Source of the DNA: Eledone cirrhosa
Taxonomy: Eukaryota
Assembly (NCBI GenBank): GCA_964016885.1
Contig: OZ024746.1
Span: 94,178,001 to 94,242,000, forward strand
Direction: 5' to 3'
DNA: 64,000 nucleotides
The notes beneath the pieces are model-generated. The model was not told where the DNA came from, ran no database searches, and worked only from the letters and a program-made list of their open reading frames with translations. The first letter of the stretch is position 1. Every line of letters starts with the position of its first letter. Shown one piece after another: positions 54,700 through 64,000 of this stretch. The position numbers and the translations under genes are program-made.

Positions 54700-54925
54700 T
54701 ATCCGTATGTAGTTGACGCCTGAGAGAAAGGAGTACTCAATACCGAAGTAGAGTTTTAATATTCATTTATATTAACGTTAATAAGTGAGTCTTGTTACTG
54801 TGGAGTTTCGCCAGTTTATCAGAGACTCATCGGATAAGAACTGTCCTTGTCTGATGACCCTGTGATAAAAAGGTGAAACTCCAGAATAACAAGACTCACT
54901 TATTAACCTTAATATAAATGAATAT
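54700..54925. mobile_element. Head-to-head PLE-like insertion with two partly degenerate hammerheads (54791-54838 -, 54846-54893 +)
   Basis: cttgt-CTGATGA-...-GAAA-ctcca...-TA-acaag; relative at 19570-19760. Confidence 0.7.
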
Positions 54926-55219
54926 ATATATATATGTGCAAATTTATATAAAATATTTATGCAAACTCGGTTACTTATATACTGTATATATACAGAAATA
55001 ATTAGATCATATACTTCGAGTGTTTAATACACGACTTAATACATTTACGCAGTCCCGGTTACCTCTATTTTGTGTATTTGCAGATATGACTTTATCATAT
55101 AAACTGGCTGCTTAGCGCACACCCAAATAAATAATTATATGGAGAGATGAATATAATATAATATAATATAGTATAATATAGTATAATATATAATATAGCA
55201 TACATATAATATACATATA

Positions 55220-55270
<51 letters not shown>

Positions 55271-55304
55271 TACACAGACACACACACATATATATGTTAT
55301 AACA

Positions 55305-55500
55305 TAATTGTTTCTATTTTTTTGGCACAAGGCCAGCAATTACCCCAGTGCATTACTGGTACTTTATTTTATCGACTCCGTAAGGATGAAAGGCAAAGTT
55401 AACCTCAGCGAGATTTGAACTCAGATCATAAAGGGCCGTAACTCTATGCGTCAAAGCATGACGTCCGACCTTCTACCGATACTGCCAATTCACCACCCTA
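55305..55500 (-). mobile_element. Full-length tRNA-derived SINE with target-site duplication
   Basis: atgttataacataat on both sides. Confidence 0.85.
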
Positions 55501-55632
55501 ATGTTATAACATAATGTAATGTAATTTAATGTAATAGAAGGGGTATTTAATTTGTTGGAAGTCCGACAAATATAAATGTTTATAACTGATTTAGAGCACT
55601 CAACTGTTACTGGAGTAAATATCCAATGATAT

Positions 55633-55708
<76 letters not shown>

Positions 55709-56108
55709 TGCATATAAATAAATAAATATATATATATGTATGCATATATATGCATATATACATATACATATATATGTACATATATTTCCGAAGAAGACGG
55801 TATGATTGAACCCATATATTATGTCTGATAGTATACAGTTCTCTAACTGCTATAGATCAGTCAATATATCATTATAATCAACCCTCTGAAACGATCGTAA
55901 AACAATGAAAGAAATATGTAAAATAACTTGTTATTATTATCATTGTTTAACTAATATGCAATATATCAGACACACTGTATCTGAAGGATTCACTCAGGGA
56001 AACACGGAACCAACCTCAGGATCTCACTGAACTACTTATTAACAGATTACATTGAGTAGATCCTACCACGAAAGGCAGACCACATGGAATTACACACACA
56101 CACACACG

Positions 56109-56241
<133 letters not shown>

Positions 56242-56770
56242 GAGTTTCAGAAGATCCCGTTAAGTGTAAAAGCAGCGATTCTTTGCGTAAACTTTAATTT
56301 GTTATTTTAATATATATTTGTATATAAATAATTGTTTCTCCTTTTGGCACAAGGCCTGCAAATACCCAGTGCATTACTGGTACTTTATTTTATCAACCCC
56401 ATATATATATACACACACACACACATATATATATATATGCTTTATCTTCATAAACTGCCAATGTTTCATTTTTATTTTTATTTTTATTTTTATTTTTATT
56501 TTTATTTTTATTTTTATTTTTATTTTTATTTTTATTTTTATTTTTATTTTTATTTTTATTTTTATTTTTATATGTAAATTGCCATGCTATATCATTATGG
56601 TGGATGTCATCCTACTGTGGGTCAATATATGCATGTTTATATATATATACAGACACACTCTTATATATGTATATATCATTTGTAGATAGCAGCTGTTTTC
56701 AGGCTATGTAACTGTTATTGAAACACGTGTCAATAAATTCCTTTTAACTGAACTGTATCCATTTAAATCC

Positions 56771-56838
<68 letters not shown>

Positions 56839-56896
56839 TCTTATATATGTATATATCATATATACATATATATATATGTATACAGACACACTCTTA

Positions 56897-56934
<38 letters not shown>

Positions 56935-56936
<2 letters not shown>

Positions 56937-57248
56937 AAAGTTCTATTTAAATTGTTGGGATACAACAAGTAAATATTTTTATAACTGATATAAAGCACTC
57001 GACAAGTATTTGGAGTAGATATACGATATTAACAAATGGAAACTATATTTATAAAACCATATTTATTTCATTATACATATTTCAAGGATACCAAGTTAAA
57101 GAAAAGGGCACGTCAATGTTTATTTATAAAACTGTTATATATTGTATTTTGTCTGATGAAGGCATACCATAATTTAACTTGGTATCCTTGAAATATGTAT
57201 AATGAAATAGATATCGTTTTATAAATATAGTTTCCATTTGTTAATATC

Positions 57249-57250
<2 letters not shown>
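56935..57250. mobile_element. Head-to-head PLE-like insertion with hammerhead at 57145-57209 (+)
   Basis: Same family as 48476, 35971 and 40500. Confidence 0.78.
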
Positions 57251-57326
<76 letters not shown>

Positions 57327-57339
57327 TATATATCGTATA

Positions 57340-57378
<39 letters not shown>

Positions 57379-57635
57379 GACACACTCATATATGTATATA
57401 TATAATCACACACACACTCACCCCCCCCCCCCCCCCCCCACCCCACCCCCACCCCACCCCCACCCCACCCCCACACACATCTATATATGATAAGCGTCAT
57501 AGCCGTGTGTGATATGTTTCAGCCAATTATATGAGAGTAAAGTAGATTTAAATCTTAACGGTTTTACATGAGAACAACAAATATAAAACAATTTATAGTA
57601 ATATAGGGAGGGTTTGTGTGGTCCTTCTTTATGCC

Positions 57636-57684
<49 letters not shown>

Positions 57685-58769
57685 TTCTTTCTTTCCTTCT
57701 TTCTTTCTTTTTTTCGTTCTTTCTTTCTCTCTCTCTTTTCTTCTTTCTTTCTATCTGTCTTTCTTTCCTTTCTTTCTTTTCTTTCTCTCTCTCAAGCTCT
57801 TTCTTTCTTTCTTTTATTCTTTCTTTCTTTCCTTCTTTCTTTCTTTCTTTCTTTCTTTCTTTTCTCTCTCTCTCTCCCCCTTCTCCTTTCTTTCTTCTAT
57901 GTTGTCAATCTCCCCCACCCCTCTCAACATATTTTTCTGTTTTTCCCTAATCACCTCCTTTAAAGAGATTAGTACACCACACACACACACACAGATATGG
58001 ATAATCATACACACACACACAGATATAGATAATCATACACACACACACAGATATGGATAATCATACACACACACACACACACAGATACATGGATAATCAC
58101 ACTCACACACACACACAGACATACAGACACGCACAGACACACACACAGACATACACACATACGCACACACACACAGACAGACATACACTCACACAGACAC
58201 ACAGACAAACAGGCACAAACATACGCACACACACAAACACACACACATCCCCCCCCCCCATCACCACCACCACCACCACCTCCACCCCCACACCACCACC
58301 TCCACCACCACCACCGCCACCACCACCACAACCACCACCACCACCTCCACCACCACCACCACCACCACCACCAATTCTGCCGAGATTTACTTTGCCTTTC
58401 ATCCTTACGGGGTCGATAAAATAAAGTACCAGTAATGCACTGTGTCGATTTAATCGACTTTCCCCTTTCCCCAAATTGTTGGCCCTGTGCCTAAATGAGA
58501 AACCACTATTATATTGATAAAATAAAGTACAGTAATGCACTGGGGTAATCGATGTCTTTGTGCCAAAAGTAGAAACACTTATTAAGATAGCAACTGCTTT
58601 ATCTTATCTACTGAGTGTAGTATATAGTAAGTGTATAGCATTGAAGTGTGGTATTGGTAGTGGTGGTAGGGGGGTTGTGGTGGTAGTTGTGGTGGTTGTA
58701 ATGCTGGTAGTGGTAGTAGTGGTGGTGATGGTAGTGGTGGTAGTAGTGGTTAATTCGACAAAGGAGACT

Positions 58770-59022
58770 TGTGGGAGTGGTCACACGAGACAGAGCTGGG
58801 CTAGGCTCCTTTCCGACTCCCCAAACGAACACCAGCGGGAAGGAAGAGCGCCGCCTTGTTCAGGAGGATGTGAGAGCTGCAGTGGAGGAAATGAGAACTT
58901 GCAAGGCAGTAGGAATGAAGCAACAGGGAGCTTGGACAAGATGGGAGAATGCGGTTGAGAGGAAAGTGACCTGGGCTGAGCTGTGGAGAGCCGAGCCTCA
59001 CCGCATTAAATTCCTCATCCAG
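58770..59022 (+). pseudogene. Fragment of a HERO-like (restriction-like endonuclease) non-LTR retrotransposon ORF
   Basis: RAGLG...KAVGMKQQGAWTRWE...RKVTWAELWRAEPHRIKFLIQ; family assignment from memory. Confidence 0.65.
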
Positions 59023-59080
59023 TGTACGGAAGAATCGCGACATTCTGGTACTTTATTATGATGACGATGGAGATTTAGAA

Positions 59081-59210
59081 TAGGCATGGGCAGACATTTT
59101 CGAGCAATGGGTCGCATAGGATGTGGTTGATCATAAAAAATTCAAGGCAATTTTAAAATTAAGCCAAATGGGCCGCATGCGGCTCCCGGGCCACAGTTTG
59201 CTCGTGATTG
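59081..59210. mobile_element. Degenerate hAT/Charlie-like MITE
   Basis: gggccgcatgcggc...gggccacagtttg end; 8-bp flanks atttagaa/gtttagag. Confidence 0.5.
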
Positions 59211-59431
59211 GTTTAGAGTATAATTATATTTATTCAGCTGATGATCTCCGTCGTTAGTTAAAGTTTCATAAATGTTTGATCACTCGGACAATCATACCGG
59301 TTTACGTAATGATAAGCGTGCTTTAATCTAAGATGGCGCTGTAACATCCGGGCTTTATTAGCTAACATATAACACGTAAGACACACAGATAGGGCTCTAA
59401 TATACCCCCCCCCTCACATATATATACACGC

Positions 59432-59485
<54 letters not shown>

Positions 59486-59529
59486 AGATTTAATGAATCT
59501 CTCTAATTATCAGCTCTCTTTTCACTCTA

Positions 59530-59562
<33 letters not shown>

Positions 59563-59711
59563 GCGTGTGTCATATAATGTATTATAAGTACTAATTTCGG
59601 ACAAACACACGCACCCACACACACACACACACAAACACACTCACACCCGTATATCTATCTATGTATATATATATAAATATATATATATATATGTATGTGT
59701 ATGTGTGATAC

Positions 59712-59771
<60 letters not shown>

Positions 59772-59780
59772 ATGTATATA

Positions 59781-59854
<74 letters not shown>

Positions 59855-59866
59855 GTATGTGTATAC

Positions 59867-59903
<37 letters not shown>

Positions 59904-60072
59904 TAATATTATTACTATATATATAGTAATAATAATAAATTTGAAGACTAAAATCCAAAGAGGGCTCGATAAGGATAAATATATATCAAATATATAAGAA
60001 CTGTAGAGCAAAGATCCCGTTAAGGGTGAAAGCAGCGATTCTTTGCTTAAACTTTAATCTGTTATTTTAATA

Positions 60073-60146
<74 letters not shown>

Positions 60147-60301
60147 CGAAGGAAATGTGGTAAGGAACCAGGTGGACCATAACGCACCAAAGTACTCAAT
60201 ACTTAGGGTAGTAGAGTGGGTAATAGGAACCAGTAAGACCCCGACGGTCCAGAATTAGCCGTCGAAACGGCTTGAGCTCAGCCGTCGGGGTCTTACTGGT
60301 T

Positions 60302-60351
<50 letters not shown>

Positions 60352-60408
60352 AATATTAAGTCTTAGAAAAGAGGAATGGAAAGTGAGAAAGAAGAGAAAG
60401 TTTGAGTT

Positions 60409-60412
<4 letters not shown>

Positions 60413-60474
<62 letters not shown>

Positions 60475-61115
60475 TGAGTGTGTCTGTGTCTGAGTGTATG
60501 TGCATGTGTGTGTTTGTGTGTGTGCCTGTGTGTGTTTATGAGTATGTGCATGTGTGTGTCTGTGTCTGTGTGTGCGTGTGTATGTGTGTGTGTGTGTGTG
60601 TGCCTGTGTGTGTGTGTGTCTCTCTCTCTCTCTCTGTATATCTGTGTGTGTGTGCCTGTGTGTATAACTGTGTGTGTGTGTCTGCCTGTGTGTGTGTGCC
60701 TGTGTGTATAACTGTGTGTGTGTGCCGGTGTGAGCCTGTCTCTGTGTGTGCCTGTGCGTGTGTGCCTGTGTGTGTGTATGTATGTGTGTCTCTGTGTATG
60801 TATGTATATGTGTGTGTGTGTCTGTGTATGTGTGTGTGCGTGTCTGTCTGTCTGTATGTGTGTATGTGTGTGTATGTCTGTCTGTATGTGTGTATGTGTC
60901 TGTGTATGTGTGTGTGTGTGTCTGTCTGTCAGTATGTGTGTATGTGTGTGTATGTCTGTCTGTATGTGTGTATGTGTCTGTGTGTATCTGTGTTTGTGTG
61001 TGTGTGTCTGTGTGTCTCTGTGTGTATGTGTCTGTCTGTCTGTATATGTATGTGTGTGTGTGTCTGTCTGACTGTCTGTCTGTATGTGTGTATGTGTGTC
61101 TATGTATGTCTGTAT

Positions 61116-61158
<43 letters not shown>
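60413..61158. repeat. Degenerate (TG)n tract
   Basis: Direct inspection. Confidence 0.95.
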
Positions 61159-61929
61159 CACGTTATATATACTATCGCGTAAACGAACATTCGTGCCAGA
61201 CGCGAAAACACGCCAAGTCTTTACCAGATCGGACGACGCATGTGTCATTTGTTTGATAATTAATACATCAAGTCGTGTCTCTCTGTTTATGTTGTCCCCT
61301 TTAAGTTCCTTAATACCCTCCTTCCCCCCTTCCTTCTTTCATTCCTTCCTTCCGTCCCCTTTAATTACCTGTTTCCTTGTCGTCACATGACTCGAAATCT
61401 TCGCCTGCACGCGGCACCCACGCGATTAGCACGTGTTGTATATAACAGAGTTTCTGACCAGCCAATGACAGAGGGGCCTTGAAGGAGTCACTGCACCTGC
61501 TTGAAATAGTAGTCAAATTTCCTGTAAATCACACCCAATTACTGCCTTTAAAAAGAGAACGGAGTGTAGATAATATAATCCTATTTCTGAGAGGAAAAGA
61601 GTGAGGGCAGGAAAGCTTTTGGTCACCGGTATATCAGTTCAGAGTTGAATTGAGGCTAAATCAGCACTTCCACCACCGTCACCACCACTGCCACCATTGC
61701 CATCACCAAATCTTCTTTTAACTCACATTCTACTGTCTCATGCCTGGCTTCCATAGATCTCTTAACCTTGAAAGTTCTTTTCCGAGGTTGATGCCTAGAC
61801 AAGGTTAGGTTTTTGTTTTTGTTTTTGTTTTCTGAAAGACAGACAGTCCTCTTTCTCTGTATTTAACTTCAGGATAGTGGCCCAGTAAGAAAATAGGTTC
61901 TATTTGGCTCTGAAAATAGTATCTAGATC

Positions 61930-62154
61930 TTTAGCGAGTCGGAGGGCTTGTAACATCCAAGAGTGTGGAACAGCATCAAATGTTTTCCTGTAATCCAGCC
62001 AGACTGTAAGCAGATTCATCTATGACGACGCACCTCTGACATCACAGTTTTGATAATTAGGAGTTGTTCAACACACCTGAAACTCCTTTCCTTTTAACTG
62101 CCTGCTCATCTGTGATGATATTGTTATTGTCATAGTGATCCTGGAGGAATAGGT
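61930..62154 (-). pseudogene. Second, diverged R4/Dong-like RT fragment
   Basis: LFLQDHYDNNNIITDEQA...LTVWLDYRKTFDAVPHSWMLQALRLAK. Confidence 0.7.
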
Positions 62155-64000
62155 TCATTTTATACAGTAGGTCCTGGCATGCAATAGGTCAATAATCTTT
62201 TGCCGTGAAAATTGTGTAATGAGGTTCAATTGTTTCTTGATGTCATTGATATTTGGCCTATACAACTTCAGGTCATCAACAAAGAAAAGATGGGAGATAC
62301 TTCTGGACCCACTTCTTTGTCCACCTTGTTTCCTGAGTAGGTAAGATAGTGGATTTAGTGAGAGAACGAAGAGAAGCACTGACAAGCTATCACCTTGAAA
62401 GATGCCCTTCTGGTAATGTATCTTATCAGTCTTAACTTGCTCGTTCTCACTTCTAAGGATCAAATTGGTGTACCAGTTCTTGGTCAGACGTTCAACAGCA
62501 GCTACCAGTGGTTGTGGGACTTTGGCTAACTGCAAAGCCTTAACAATCCACCCATGAGGTACACTATTAAATTCTTTTTGATAGTCCAGCCACGCCACAG
62601 TCATGTTTCTGCGATTCTTTGTTGTTTTTTCTTGAACCATTTTATTAGTTAGTAGGTGATCTATGCAACCCCACACCTCCCTCTTTCCACCAGCTTGCTC
62701 AGGTGTTATGATGTTGTTGGTAGCACAGTGATCCTGTAAGAAAAGGTTAAGGCACCCAGTATATAATTTATACATGATGTTTTGGCAGGCTATTGGGCGG
62801 TAATTTTTAGCAAGGGTGGTTTGGATATTTTGGGGAATGAGGAGAGTAGTGGCAGTTGGTAACCATCTGGACAGTTCTTGTGTGCCTTTAATGGTTTCTG
62901 TAAACAGCCGTATGAGATCTTGCCGATAGAAAGTGAAATTCTTCAACCAGTATCCTGTAATGAGGTCTGGGCCTGGTGATTTCTTATTCGACATTTTCTG
63001 TAGAGCTGTTTCCAGTATTGACCCATCTATGTCATATTGTTTTGTCTGGACATGTTGGCAGTAGTCCTGTTCCAGTTCTTTTAGCCAATTAGTTTGTCTG
63101 TTGAATCCGTCAATCCGTCATAGCTCTCAACCTGTTCTTTTGAAGGGGTGTCATTTACAGAGATTGAGCTTTTGCCACCGAAGCTGCGATAAACTGATTT
63201 AGGATCTCTGGCAAACAATTTATTTAGCACTTGTCGTTTATGTGCTGTTGACTTATATTTTAGTCTTTCTGTTGTAGCTGTGAGTTGTTGTTTCAACTGG
63301 TGTAATTTGGAGTTCAAAGTTTTAAATTTTGTATCTCCAAATCGTCTCTCTAACCTTTTTTTTAGGTCTTCCCGGTGTCGTGTGAAGTTGCTCTCTATGT
63401 TGCATTTCATAACGACTGCGATGTGTGAGATACTTCGTCTCAGGGACAACATTTTGCTTTTTAAATTTCGCATCCACGCTGGTTCAGGCTTTTTGTTTGT
63501 ATCTTGATTGCGTGGCTTTAGATGTTTGTTATATGATAGCAATTTGACAGCTGAAACATATAACAAAATATTAAGCGTTTCAAATGTCGTTTCTACACCT
63601 TTAGATCGTATAGCCTTCAGATAATTGTCAGCTATTTCGTTCACCGCTTCCAATTCCAATTTAGTTCTTTACTGATTCTGGTGTTGTATGGTCTGTCACT
63701 CACATTAAAGCTGTGTATCTCTTGAAACATATCGTCCCATATCACTTGTAAGGTGTCCACAAGTTTTTGGTGTTCTGTTTGTATAGTAGAGTCATGAATT
63801 TTAGCCTCGTTGTTGATGTGGTGACAATTACTACTAGAATTAGCTGACCATTCTTGCTGTTGTTCAGTGGAAGTGGGATGGATTTCAACAAAATTGTTGG
63901 TGAGCTGTTCACTGTTAGATTTAGCTGGCCATTCTCTTTGTCTGTCAGTGGAGGTGGGGTGGTTGTCTACAAGAGCTGTACTTGTAGTATCACTCAATTC
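62155..64000 (-). pseudogene. R4/Dong-like non-LTR retrotransposon RT, disrupted and 3'-truncated
   Basis: SPGPDLITGYWLK, NYRPIAC, WLDYQK.F.SVPH.WI, GIFQGDSLS, SHLFFVDDLKLY; upstream ORFs broken by frameshifts. Confidence 0.85.

Overview
Repeat-saturated, gene-free animal DNA. It is probably from a cephalopod or other mollusc, inferred only from the SINE and microsatellite landscape. No host exon could be supported, and almost all ORF-track entries are microsatellite artefacts. Main contents: (1) an intact 5.8-kb L1/Tx1-type non-LTR retrotransposon embedded in (ATCT)n; (2) about 25 minimal type-I hammerhead ribozyme (HHR) motifs, intact or degenerate, from several Penelope-like (PLE) or retrozyme-like families, mostly as head-to-head inverted insertions in (TA)n; (3) a very young array of a 468-bp, hairpin-rich HHR unit (4 direct copies plus 1 inverted); (4) a Penelope GIY-YIG remnant with its pseudo-LTR; (5) a U6 snRNA retrocopy fused to an RTE-like 3' end; (6) RTE, R4/Dong-like and HERO-like LINE remnants, one with a twin-priming inversion; (7) many tRNA-derived SINEs, some stacked at one target site. 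All calls were made by eye, so repeat boundaries are approximate.
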